A program made the translations under genes and the position numbers. The notes under the pieces were generated by a model. It saw only the letters and a list, made by a program, of their open reading frames with translations. It was not told the origin of the DNA and searched no databases. DNA of 53,982 bases, filler included, from Catajapyx aquilonaris (taxonomy: Eukaryota), in assembly GCA_000934665.2 (NCBI GenBank). It is 3 parts of 3 records of this genome, joined end to end, with 100 filler letters (N's around TTAATTAATTAA, not from the genome) between each part and the next. Parts side by side here need not be neighbours in the genome. Positions count along the whole stretch, not along the records: positions 18,010 to 35,902 come from KZ539601.1; positions 36,003 to 53,982 come from KZ539602.1; 1 more part is not named here. One strand, 5' to 3'. Shown in pieces: positions 26,521 to 38,643 of the stretch (its first letter is position 1; the number at the start of each line of letters is the position of its first letter).

Positions 26521-26820
26521 CTGCCGAGGCGTTTTGCACCGGGCGCTCACCTGAGACCGCCAGGAGTCATTTCGGGGGCCACGACATAGTGGCGACCCTA
26601 CCGGACTAAGGCTGAACTTTATAACTGAACTTTTTTTGTAGGTACGAAAGGGGAGGGCTACATTGGGGGGCCCAACATGGCCGCCGGCGGCCATGTTGGG
26701 CCCCCTTCGTACCTATAAAGTTCAGCCGTAGTCCGGTAGGGTCGCCACTATGTCGTGGCCCCCGAACGAAATGACTCCTGGCGGTCTCAGGTGAGCGCCC
26801 GGTGCAAAATGCCTCGGCAG
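26521..26820. repeat. 300-bp GC-rich near-perfect palindrome (probable MITE)
   Basis: CTGCCGAGGCGTTTTGCACCGGGCGCTCACC...GGTGAGCGCCCGGTGCAAAATGCCTCGGCAG, centred on CATGGCCGCCGGCGGCCATG; no TSD found. Confidence 0.85.
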
Positions 26821-29800
26821 CTGATAACGCCAGAACGTAGTATAAGTGTCCGTGGGCTGCATCCAACATACACAATCATCACGGCATAGTCCCATGATGA
26901 GGTATAGTCAGCGATGACCAGGTCATACGACCCAGCCATCTCAATCGACCAATACAGGAGAATCCTCTGATGACTGGTCAGTGTCATGATGTGTCTCGTT
27001 TTAATTATGTACGCCCTGAAGTGGTAAAACAGCTCACAAATACTACCCGTGAAAAGGTTCTGAACGGTGGAAAATCGCACGCCTTGGTTCGTTACTTTTT
27101 TTCTTGGTTCGTTACCGTGAGTTTTGTTGCGCTACGATGCAAAGAAAATCAGATACCGGTACGGCAAGGTGACCAATGGATTCCTCGCACTTTTCTTCTC
27201 TACAGCATCTCTATACTGCCATCAAAACCACTTAGAATTCGCAGAGTTATTACGCAATGTAACCCGGTGCAGAAATGCGTGTCCTCGAAACTTTGGTTCG
27301 TTACCGTGTTTGTTCTCGCTCCTCGGGCGCTATCGAATGATACATTTTGTGTCGGATTTGTGGCAAAATTCAGCCCTCTGTACCTGGAACTCAATAGAAA
27401 AAAAAAGTATCCCCAAAGGTTTACCACAAGCATGGAAAATCACAATGAAAGTTGAAAAAAATCGTCCGAACCTTGGTTCGTTACCGCAAAAATGCCCTCT
27501 AATTAAATGGTTGAGTCATCAAGACAATTGAGCAAGGTGGTGGCCTTTGGGTCTTTCATCATGCTCTCCCAACATGAGGTCATCCCAGACCCCAGCCAAT
27601 GTGAATCTTATAGATATCGTTGCTTCTTGCTCTGTCTCATCAGTGCTGGGGTATATTAGTATTACATTGTCACAAGGGTCTTAACTGCTCGGAAAGGTGT
27701 TGAATTACGCAAGAACTCTTTCAATTCTACCCTATTTGTTGACGTCTTTTGTGCAGGTGTCCATAATTATGTGTATTAAATATTTAAATGCGTGGCAAAG
27801 GATTGTCGTAGGAGTCTTTATCATGTTGGTCCTCATCACTGCCTCTATTTAGAGCCATTTTATGTCCGTTGAGTGGGTAGTCAGGCTTGAAAGCCCAAAA
27901 GGATCACTTGTGCGTTTTGAATGTGACGTTTACCACTTCAAACATGTCTTAATGACCTTTTGTATGTTGTGATTCACATAGTTAATTGGTCGGACATGTG
28001 CTATAGCCAATTTTTCACATCATGTTGGTACGTAAGACAAAAATTGTTTTTATTTGCTGTTTCAATGGATAATGTGAGATACAATAAGTTGAGTGTAATG
28101 AATCAGGCATTGCAGTTGGATCAAACCGGTACCATTTCGTGTTAATTACAGCCCAGGTGCTTATCATTCATGGGATCCTCACCATGCATGTGGCGCTTCT
28201 TTGCTCTTAATGCCCATGTTTCCAAACTGGCTCCTTCCGAACTTTATTGTGTGTCAAGATTACTCTCAGCTTGTCCATGTTTGTTAACCTGTTAATGACC
28301 TGGTATTCCTTTTGTGGCCGGTAATGGATTAACACTCACGTATATGTACTTTTTCAAAATGTGCCACTTATACTTGTTGAATGCATGAAAATAGTGTGAA
28401 TACTCTGCATCACCACAAAAATGTCATTGCTTGCAGAATATGCTTAGTCATATCCCATAAAATGAGGTTGAGATTATGGCAGCCACATGATTTGATGAAA
28501 GCTATAAGATTCACCTGCAGAATGCGAGCCTAAACCTAAACCTCAAATATTCATACGCAATTTTTCTGAAAAAAAGAAAAAAAATGATATTCAGTAAATC
28601 AGCAAATGCAGCTACATGGCACAAATTGGCGCAACATATTTCATTTTACTCTGTCGCCAATGTATGCAGAGGAATGTTTGTGTTACATACACAGTACATG
28701 AACTTTCCCAACATAATTATAGTGCAAGCCTATTATTCAGGGCCTGCAGTTCCATATTTTCTCACGTTTGCGAAAGGCGACTTGCCCTGCACGCACTTGT
28801 GCTGACAAGATATGCTTGATGTGCTCTCAGGTTGACCAGATCCGTATTTTCTTGCAGTCACGTTTAGGAAAGGCTTGACTGGGATTGCAGCAGCAGACAT
28901 CATCAGTTTCTGCCCCCACTTCCCTCGTGTTTGATTCTTCTTGATATGTAGCCATATGCCTCGTCACTGAGATCTTCCCTGTTTGATTCTCATGTCCTTC
29001 CAATATACCCACGACATTTTCATGGACGGCACGTGTTCATGTGCTTCCCATCTCATTTTGGACATTTGCAATATTTTGCAAAATGTTACATGGCAGGCCG
29101 GGGATATGATTGATATGTTGTGCAGAATCAACTCCTGGCCCCAAATGGTTCCAGTTATGAAGGTGATGTCCAGTGTTCCATCAATATAAAGGTAAAATAA
29201 TTATTGTCCTTCTCCAGGATTTTGTGTTCCTAAAAATTATAATGTCAATTATGTTCACACTGATTTCTTGCATGTACTGCAATATATTAATTTTCTTTCA
29301 GTAATGTGAGTAAAGTAAAGCCATGTCACCGCTGCTCTGCGATGATACTTCATAGAACAATAGGTGACTTATTTCCCTGCAGCACGCACTTGTGCTGAAG
29401 GAGCATTATTTGTCATGTCACCATAATTTAGAGGTGGTGGCCAGGTTTGTCAAATTGTTCAGCCTATTCATGTCGAACCTTTTCGACATTCTCTGGTCAT
29501 CTTTGGTTGTTGGTTAAATTACCAGCCCTCATTAGCTAAGAAATATTATAAGTATGGATACGTAGTAAGGAGGGAAATAATGCAAATAAACTGTGTGGAA
29601 TAAACTGTGTTTCAGGTACTCACAATTTATTGTAAACCAATTTTTCAACCCCTGAATAGTGGTACCGACATCTTTAGACAGTTGGACTGTCGTTGTATTT
29701 TTCAGAAGGACTTTTGACCTAGCGCTGGAAATGATTATGTTAGAGTTAAACACAAATGTTTTCACAATTATATTCATTCGATACTTTTCTAGTGTGCTAA

Positions 29801-31749
29801 ACTTTTTCTCTCTTGCGACGAATAAATCTCCCAGATTCTCACCCAGCTGCTAGTGTGAGTATTAGTAAAGCAGCGTTGACTTTTATATTGTCATACTGTG
29901 GCATTGACTTCCTGGTCACAATGAAGTGAATGACATTTACTGATAAACTAAACTAAGTGCAAGTCACTATTATCCCGCTGCTGGTTCAATGTGTAAGTGA
30001 GATAAGACCGGACAGACGTTCCCTGCATCACGATCTAGGATTCTAGGGCATAGGCTATTGTATGACGAGGATGCCCTGCTTCATATGGGCGGACAAGTCT
30101 TGACCTTGCGAGTATAATTGACGCAATCTATTTAATTGCGGAATGAACACATTTACAATGATGAAAATAAGCAGTTGGCCATCCTGACTTTGGTAGACTA
30201 GATGTCACTTTTAAGGCCATTTCACAAAAAAATGGCCTTTAATTATGTAACTGTCATATTTTGGACATACCAGGGACACGTAACACAAACGCATTATCTT
30301 TTCCTCCCTTTTAATCGGCATGTGCTCCATTCCCACTCCATCTAATTGAATGGTTTAGTCATGAAGACAATTGAGCAAGATGGTGGCCTTTGGGTCTTTC
30401 ACCATGCTCTCCCAACATGAGGTCATCCCAAGACCCTCAGACCCCAGCCGATGTTAATCTTGTAGATATCATTGTGTCTTGCTCAGTTGCTCTGTCTCAT
30501 ATTCCATCATTGCTGGTTCAATTACGTAAGAACTTCGCTGCGTGACACTTGCGTTTTCGTCCTATAGTGGTGTCTCATGTATTCGTCTGCCCGGTCTGCG
30601 TGTGAAGGTTGTCTTCTGACCTCCTTCCGAACTTTATTGTGTCAAGATTGTACTCTCAGCTTGTCCGGGTTTGTTAACCTGTTAGTGACCCGGTATTCCT
30701 ATATCTTGTGGCCTATAATGTATTAACGCTCACATATATGTACTTATTCAAAATGTGCCACCTATACTTGCGGAATGCACGAAAATTGTGTAAATACTCA
30801 GCTGCATCACCTCAAAAATTGTCAAATAGTTCCGCCTATTCATGTCGAACCTTTTCGACGTTCTTTGGTCATCTTTGGTCTCATGAAGATGTTCTTTCGC
30901 TGAGTAGTACCGTTGAGTTTCCTATTTATATTTTTTGATATTTTGATCGGGTTTGTAAGGAACTGTCGAAATTGCGAACTTGTGGCCTGAAAAGTATATG
31001 ACTTGTAACCCAGCATGTTTTTATGTTGTTGTGGGAGAAAGTTATGTTGATGTTGTATGCAGTGTATTTATTGGTGTTCCTCCCAATTTTGACAAGATAT
31101 GCTTGATGTGCTGGCGTGATTTTGAACGTATTAATGTGGTTTATTGTACCCACACATCAAGCTACTATAAATTGCAGCATCCGACTTGGTCAGCTCCATT
31201 TTCTCCTTTCACATGTTGGTGACAAGGAAGGTGTTGTTGTACCATAACGAGTAAATAATATTCATATTGCAGTCGGAAATAGAATGCTTTCCTTTGGTCG
31301 AAGCTGATGCGAGAGTAATCTTGATGTTGAGAGCTTTTTCCTTCTACTTCATCCGTTACAGCACAGAGACATACTTTCCATCTAACACGAGCCATGTCGA
31401 TGGACACTTGCCCAGCTACAACCTGCAAGTGTTGTTCTGTCATGTGTCTGTGAACTTTTTTGGAATAAATTATTTTGAAAGGCGCTATCGCCAAGCAGTG
31501 CTTACTTTTTAAACACAATAATGTTATCAAACAAGATTGGCAAATCACGTGAGCGTGATTAGAGTAGGCCTTTTCATGTTTACTGCTATTGTCCCCAATG
31601 TCATTCACGGTACTGGGACTGAAACTGAAACCACCAGATAACCTTTGTCGGCCAAAAGTGGTCTGCCCCTTTCCACCTTCCCTCCTCCTACCCCAGACGG
31701 CCTCTTTCCCCTTTAAAAATGTATCCTAGCAAACCCATCCTTTAGACCT

Positions 31750-31860
31750 TTTTTCATCTATAGAAAGAAGTCTTATAGCACGGCTCTGCCTGTCTGTCTG
31801 GTACATGTGTACAGACAGACAGACAGCTAGCCGTTATATAAGACTCTTTTTCTCGAAAAA
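31750..31860. mobile_element. Short palindromic DINE/Helentron-like element related to 44605-45405
   Basis: AAGAAGTCTTATAG-ACGGCTCTG followed by CTGT microsatellite, mirrored on the other strand; same motif at 44828-44863. Confidence 0.6.
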
Positions 31861-32187
31861 GTATAAAAAGTGGAGAAAAACTACTTGATCAACTGCTCGC
31901 AGCCTTCAAAGTGCTGGCTGGCATTGACTAAGTGTCTGAAGCTGCCTCTTGTCTGTATTCGTCATGTCTTTTGCTTCTTGATGTAACCCGGAGGTAAGGG
32001 TTGGCTCGATGGGAAACGGGGTAAAGAATCAAAACAACTAATCATAGTAAGCGGATTCCAAACTAAGAATTCAATATTGTTCATGAGTTATGTTTTTTGT
32101 CGTGTGGTTCATCAAACAGTCCCTGTCCTTTACCTTAGAATGGTACTGTACTAAAAGTGAGTGTACATGGTAGCAATTATTAGTATA

Positions 32188-32222
32188 CTAACTGCGGCAC
32201 CCGGCGCGGCGTTGCCCGGGAA
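32188..32222 (-). mobile_element. Helitron 3' terminus
   Basis: Minus strand reads CCCGGGCAACGCCGCGCCGGG (hairpin), then TGCCGCAGTTAG|T, a CTAG-like end. Confidence 0.55.
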
Positions 32223-33420
32223 GAAATGAATGAAGGGAAAACACCTGCCAGTAACCCCGTCAAAATTTTCATGCACAGAGAGCTGCCATGACCATGCATG
32301 TGACCCTTCTTTGCTAATGCCCTTCCAAACTCGGGGGGAAATCTTGAGAATTTTGATTATGCGGTGTAACCCATTTTTTCATCAGTAGGCAGTCATGCAA
32401 ATTGCTTCTGCTGGCGTTTCTTTGCTGCGTGACACTTGCGTTTTCGTCCTAGTGGTGTTTCAAGTATACATGTAGTCTTCTTTGCCCTTCTGTGTTCTTT
32501 GGCATCCTTCCAAACATTATTTTGTGTCAAGATTACTCTCAGTTTGTCCAGGTCCGTATTTTCTTGCAATCATATTTGGGAAAGGGCGCCTGATACTACT
32601 TTGCTTTCAACGTACTTGGGATTGTAGCAGCAGACATCATCAGTTTCTGAACCCAATAACCTCAGGATCGTGTTTGATTCTTCTTGACATGTAGCCATAC
32701 GCCTCGTCACTGAGATCTTCCCTGTTTGAATCTCATGTCCTTCCAACATACCCACGACATTTTCATGGAAGGCACGTGTTCATGTGCTTCCCATCTCATT
32801 TTGGACATTTGCAATATTTTGCAACATGTTACATGGCAGGCCAGGGACATGATAGATTTGTGCAGCAGAATGGTCCCGCCCAAATGGTCCCAGTTATGAA
32901 GGTGATGGGCAATGTTCCGTCAATATAAAGGTACAATAATTATTGTCCTTCTCCAGGATTTCGTCTTCCTAAAAATGATAATGGCATTTGTGTCCACACT
33001 GATGTCTCGCATGTACTAATTACAATTAATTCTCTTGCAGTAATGTGAGTAGCCTAAAGTAAAGCCATGTCCCCACTGACTTCAATTTCATGCGAACATG
33101 GCTGAAAGTTGTACGGTAAGTGATGAGGCCAGATAGGTAATTATTTTTCATCATCTCCGCTCGTCTTCGCTGGTCACATTTACAGCTGAAAAGCAAGAAC
33201 GTCTCTCATTATTAAGTTTTCTCGAAGCAAACTGCATCAAATCCTCACTTTCCACCTAATCATTTTGTAGACATATTTTATTCATCACTTGTGATGATGC
33301 TTCATAGCTTTAGAGCAACTTAAGTTGCTCAGTTGCATGCCCACTGGCGATTTCTGTGATTTTAATTAGCAATGTTTGATTTTGTTCCGACGATGGCTCA
33401 ACCAGTACCAGCGGTATCCT

Positions 33421-33618
33421 GCTAGTTGGTTGGACTAAAAATGGCGGCGGCACTTATTTCCAAGCCTGCTTGACTAGGCGTCCCCTTCCCCACCCGGCCA
33501 CCACCCCCTGCCTCATTCCGTCGCCTCCTAGTACCAGCCGAGCCTGTTCCGCTGCCCGTGCTGCCCGCTGCTCTGCCCCTGGGCCAACGCTGACCCCCTC
33601 CATCAGGCAGAGGTGAGT
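33421..33618 (+). promoter_or_regulatory. Candidate promoter / non-coding first exon
   Basis: YY1/Pho-like AAAATGGCGGC at 33438-33448, GC-rich pyrimidine-biased stretch, strong donor CAGAG|GTGAGT at 33613. No downstream coding exon recognised. Confidence 0.4.
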
Positions 33619-33975
33619 TTGGGCCACGCTCAGGGCCAAGCACCGAGGGATTAGATCTATGGGGGATGCGGGATCAGTCGGAGGAGGTAGGAAGGGTTGG
33701 GTCCTCCCACCCGCCCGCCTCTGGAATTATTCCATTGCTTTCTGGTTCATTCTTGGGGCTGCATTTCCCCCATGGCTAGAACACATTGGGGCGGTTTGGC
33801 CCTGCTTAGTTAACACAGCCCGGCACTCGCTGTTCTGCAAGGGGGACGCATTCATTAACATGTGCATTGCGTGAAGCGAGACCAGGCAGCCAGGTCAAGT
33901 ACAGGCCAATGTGGCAGGTTCAATTCCATACCGCAGGCGCTTGCTACCGGGGCACTGCTAGCGAGTGTAGCTTTA

Positions 33976-34156
33976 AGGCCCCTTCACACAGGCCGTCGAC
34001 GGTTTTGGTTTTAGTTCTCGTCGACGCCGCGGACCAATCAGAGCGGGCCCTCACAGTAACCATGACACGTTGTTTACGTGAGGGCCCGCTCTGATTGGTC
34101 CGCGGCATCGACGAGAACTAAAACCAAAACCGTCGACGGCCTGTGTGAATGGGCCT
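33976..34156. mobile_element. Palindromic PIF/Harbinger-type (Tourist-like) MITE
   Basis: AGGCCCCTTCACACAGG...CCTGTGTGAATGGGCCT with arms of about 80 bp, each carrying CCAATCAGAGC; left flank TTA. Lies inside an older inverted repeat (33939-33967 / 34263-34290). Confidence 0.75.
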
Positions 34157-34542
34157 TTGAGGGGCTGGCCTGTGATATAACAGAGAGCGGGCGAGGTGGT
34201 CAGACATTTTGTTCACAGCTGCCCCCGTTATCAGCGCCACCACGGCAAGAAGTGTTAACCTGCGCTCGCTAGCAGTGCCACGGTAGTAAGCTGTCACCCA
34301 TAAAAATTCTTGTGAATTGCCGCACATATTGAATCATATTTCACTAACGTAGGTGTACTCGTTGGAAAGTTATTTGGAAATCAAAATAGGTACCGACTTC
34401 AGTACACCCTGTAGAAAGGAGGTAGTATTTATGGATTAATCACAGTATGCCTGCCATATTGCAAATAATAGACGTCGATTATGGCTTAAGATTGTTACGT
34501 GTATTGCAGCCAAGTTACGCTGACTGTGAGTTCCTTAGTTAA

Positions 34543-35249
34543 AGGGACACTCCACTCAAAATACAAGTTGGTCCCCAAAAATCAGGCGAAAAATCCTGAT
34601 TCCAACGACACCAATAATGAATTTTTCCGATGAACGATGACCTCAGCGGAACCGGTTAATTACGCGTAATTTGGCAATACGGTTGCAATCGTATACTACT
34701 GTTCACGACACCCTCGCCGCCTGGCGGCAGGAATGGGAAATGGAGTATGCATAGCTCTGCCCGCGAATTCAAACCTGAACGTATTCGAACCATATGCAAC
34801 TGTTCACGACACCTGCGCCACCTATCGGCAGGAATTGAAAATAGAGGGGGGTCATGCCGAGAATCCAGGAGGCGAATTCCATGTCAAGCCGGGATGGACT
34901 CTACCTGTGCCGGCCTCCGAAACATCGGGTGCACTTACAGACCCGACCTCATTAGTGAACTTTCTGTGGTCCGCCATCCTTCTCATCGGGTTCGGCTTGA
35001 AAGCGCTCGAAGCTGGCGCGCCAGTGTTGCCTAGCGCTCCTCGCGCGGCAGTTGTTTGTTGAGCACTCTCTCTACTTCTCCGGTTTGCCGCGGGATGCTG
35101 TTGTATCGCCCTTCTTAGCAGACGACGTTTGTAGATATATGATTTTCCGTGTTACCGTTGGGCGTAGAAAAAAACTGATTGCACATTCGGAATCAGGATT
35201 TTTAGCCAGGTTTTTGGGGGCCAACTTGTATTTTGAGTGGAGTGTCCCT
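34543..35249. mobile_element. Kolobok-type MITE
   Basis: TTAA|AGGGACACTCCACTCAAAAT...ATTTTGAGTGGAGTGTCCCT|TTAA (purine-purine start, TTAA TSD). Confidence 0.85.
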
Positions 35250-35902
35250 TTAACGCATTTCACCACTGATAAAGTAGAATTTTGCCAACTTTGTAATTGA
35301 CCTCACGTGTGCTTGCAGCTGTCAGGTACTCTGTCAGTGCATATGAAGTGCTTGGGAAAATTTTGATGGGACCATTAAAAATGGATTGTTTTGTGCAATC
35401 CTAGCACGTTTGTAGTTCAAAGCAATGTTATTTTAATGCTTATGGTTTTAGTTTGGCTGACCGAGTTGTACAAGGCATTTTTTTTATTATTATTATTTTT
35501 GTTGGCCAATTACAAGGATATGCGGACTTGGAAATTTCTTGTCCTCTCTTTGGCCTGTGGGGTGATAAAAATTTGCTAAGAGAAAACCAGTGTTCGAAAT
35601 TGGAATACATAGGCAGGTCGCCAGTGGCACCTGATATGTATAGCATGGTCGCCAAAACTGTATGTCTAGTCGCCATTATTTTATTTTATTATATATCATT
35701 ACTGTTCCATAGCACGAAATCGCCTATAGTTAGCGTTAATATGCTTCACAATTCAGAAGCATGCTTTAGTATTTTATCAACTGCTTCTTTTTAGACACGG
35801 AACTTCAATAATAGCCTACACAAATCACATCAATGATGGATTCACTTTGTTCCTCGGTGTTGATTTTATGCTGGCAGACTCCTCTTCTTCCTCGTCAGCT
35901 GG

Positions 35903-36002
35903 NNNNNNNNNNNNNNNNNNNNNNNNNNNNNNNNNNNNNNNNNNNNTTAATTAATTAANNNNNNNNNNNNNNNNNNNNNNNNNNNNNNNNNNNNNNNNNN
36001 NN
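35903..36002. other. Artificial 100-bp assembly spacer (N44-TTAATTAATTAA-N44)
   Basis: Same construct as 17910-18009. Confidence 0.92.
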
Positions 36003-36140
36003 GACATTTTTATATTATTTGGAAAGGGCTCATCACGCTTCTTTCGCGCCCCACACGCATCTGCGCCCTGTGCGGTAGCACTGGTCGCACACCCCTGGGG
36101 GGTGTGGGGGGGCGGAGCCCCCCCCACCTCGCAAAGCGAG

Positions 36141-36701
36141 TCTAATATATATAAAGCCCCAATCCGACGAGGATATAGGATGGAAAAGATCTCCCACTTC
36201 CCGAGGTCGTACAGACCTCGGACTTACGCCGTTGGATTCCTTGCACCCGCTTTTCTATTTTCAAAAATCCTCATAATCGCAAAATTCCCAGCCGTTTTCG
36301 AGATCGCGAAATTAAATGTAGACGCAAACCCGAGATCGCGAAATTAATGCATATCCCCAAACTCCCCCGGTTCCCCGCGCGGCCTTGCCCGCAGATGGTC
36401 GTAAAGAAGGAGAACAATGGGACATCCCCTCCCCTCCACCCCCTGGCTTTACACTGCTCAATCCTGGAGTCGTGGGAATGATACGTCACAGATGGTCCCA
36501 CCTGTCGTCCCAAGCGCTGTTTTGAACGATACGTCAGAGAGGGCACGTTCGGAAACTCCTCATCGCTACCGGTGACGTCACTGATTTCTGTAACCGGATG
36601 GATTAGGCGGAACACGGGCATAGCGCCGAAGGCGCGCCAATTGGGGCGCAGCCCCAAGGGGGGGTGTGGGGGGGCGCAGCCCCCCCACCTCGCAAAGCGA
36701 G
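36141..36701 (+). mobile_element. Non-autonomous Helitron-like element, head-to-tail with another 3' end (36097-36140)
   Basis: 5' TCTAATATATATAAAG; 3' GGGGGGCGCAGCCCCCCC hairpin then ACCTCGCAAAGCGAG|T. A nearly identical 3' end lies immediately upstream of the 5' TC. Confidence 0.65.
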
Positions 36702-37192
36702 TCATATATCTACACACGTCGTCTGCTAAGAAGGGCGATACAACAGCATCCCGCGGCAAACCGGAGAAGTATAGAGTGCTCAAGAAACAACTGCCGCGCC
36801 AGGCGCGCTAGGCAACACTAGCGCGCCAGCTTCGCAAGTGTGTCATGGGACTGTCAGGAAGGGTAGAAAAATGGTCAATTGTATGGTAAATAAACATTTT
36901 AAAGTCCAGGATGGATTTCACTGTTCAAATTACCACTGCATACGGTTCGAATACGTTCAGGTTTGAATTCGCGGGCAGAGCTGAGCATACTCCATTTCCC
37001 ATTCCTGCCGACAGGCGGCGAGGGTGTCGTGAACAGTAGCATACAGTTACAATCGTATCGCCAAAATACGCGTAATGAGCCGGTTCCCCTGGGGTCATCG
37101 TTCATCGGAAAAATTCATTATTGGTGTCGTTGGAATCGTATTTTTTTGCCCGATTTTTGGGGGCCAACTTGTATTTTGAGTGGAGTGTCCCT
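36702..37192 (-). mobile_element. Second, inverted and interrupted copy of the Kolobok-type MITE
   Basis: Reverse complement of about 34543-34800 and 35010-35142; ends GTGTCCCT|TTAA. Confidence 0.85.
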
Positions 37193-38351
37193 TTAATGAG
37201 GAAGACTCGAGCAATGTTTCTCACGTAATTTTAGAGTACAATTTCAACAATTAATTACATTTTATTAAAAAGGTAAGCCAACAAAAGGGATTTCCCATAG
37301 AGTGAAGTGGGCACCATTTTTCTCTCTCCTTTTCCTCCCTTTGTGGCGATAGGATTGTGGGCAGGTAATAAATCGAAGGCGTTTTAGTGGGGGGTTAACG
37401 GGACTTATTGGAGGATTTGGACTTGCAATTGGTTTAGGGGCCAACGCCGTGACTTGATTTGAGGATTTCAACCTCTCTTAAACACCTCTCAACCCACTCC
37501 TGAAAAAAACGGGACAATATTTTTGGTGCTCTTTAATTATCTATTGTATGGCATACAAGCTGATTTGCAGGGTTTTTGACCATGATTTCTTGACTTGTTT
37601 TTGGCGCGTACATTCGGCGTGCGGTGCGAACGAAACGACCTCAATTCGCAGGCAACAATTCCGTTTAACGCCGCCGTATCCAGGAATTTATTCCGGGGAG
37701 ATAGCCCCGGATTCCTCAGGCTCCCCCCTAACAGTTAATATGTGCGCCTGCGAGGCATAAAATAACTTAGGGCAGGCGGCCAAGTGGCCCATAGCTAACG
37801 TCCCCTACCGATGTTGCTATTTGGGAAAACCCCTCCAAAAAGCTCTCCCTCCCTCCCTCCCTCCCCCCTCCTCTCCCCAACCAAAAACGGGCGCCTTGGA
37901 GTTATCGCGTTGTTGTTCTCGGCGCTCGTTTTGCAACTTTCACGCAATCCTGCACTTTTTAATGGGCCGACAGAAAGTGCACTCAAACCATCCGCCCCAC
38001 CTCATTCGTGTTAATTGCTCAATGACCACACTAACTAGTCTAGGTGTGTTTTTGAGTGTTCATTAAGGAAGGGTAGGATTCGTGCGCGTACAGAACCCCT
38101 GGATTGTAAGATTACGTGTATATCGCGTATGCTTTGAGATTCTTTCATAATTTCAGCACCACTTCGTTCATGGAAGAAACATTTAGGGCCGGTGGTATAT
38201 GAATTCAAATTGAAGGGAAAATATTAAATTACGTACGTAGGATTGCGTAGTGTCTAGTGTGCATACCTTTAGTGTTAAGTTTCTTTCATGCAACCGACCC
38301 TTAGACACAGTAGTAAGTTTAATACTGTAATATGCGCATTTTACTGCTTAA

Positions 38352-38643
38352 CCCTGGAACCGTGCCGTGCCTGAATGTTACGTTAACCTACCGTGGGGTC
38401 TTTTAGGACCCAACGCCATCTTTTAATTTTTATTAATTTTTATATAATAGACTACTTTTCAATATATTGACTATATACAATCATTCTTTGAACAATGCCT
38501 AAAATGATCGCTAATTTAAAATAAACCCGCACTTCCTGTTATATACTTTTAATAAATGGCAAACAGCTCATTGTAATTGTAATTTTAATGCATTTTAATA
38601 ATTCCTTTGGGGCCCGAAAAGACCCCACGGCACGGTTCCAGGG
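38352..38643. mobile_element. piggyBac-type MITE
   Basis: TTAA|CCCTGGAACCGTGCCGTG...CACGGCACGGTTCCAGGG|TTAA. Confidence 0.88.

Larger units (their letters stand above)
27500..33075. repeat. Mosaic of locally duplicated blocks
   Basis: Direct repeats: 28836-29327 vs 32548-33070; 27500-27640 vs 30344-30500; 28232-28420 vs 30620-30815; 29450-29507 vs 30820-30879; 30538-30575 vs 32425-32460. Confidence 0.8.
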
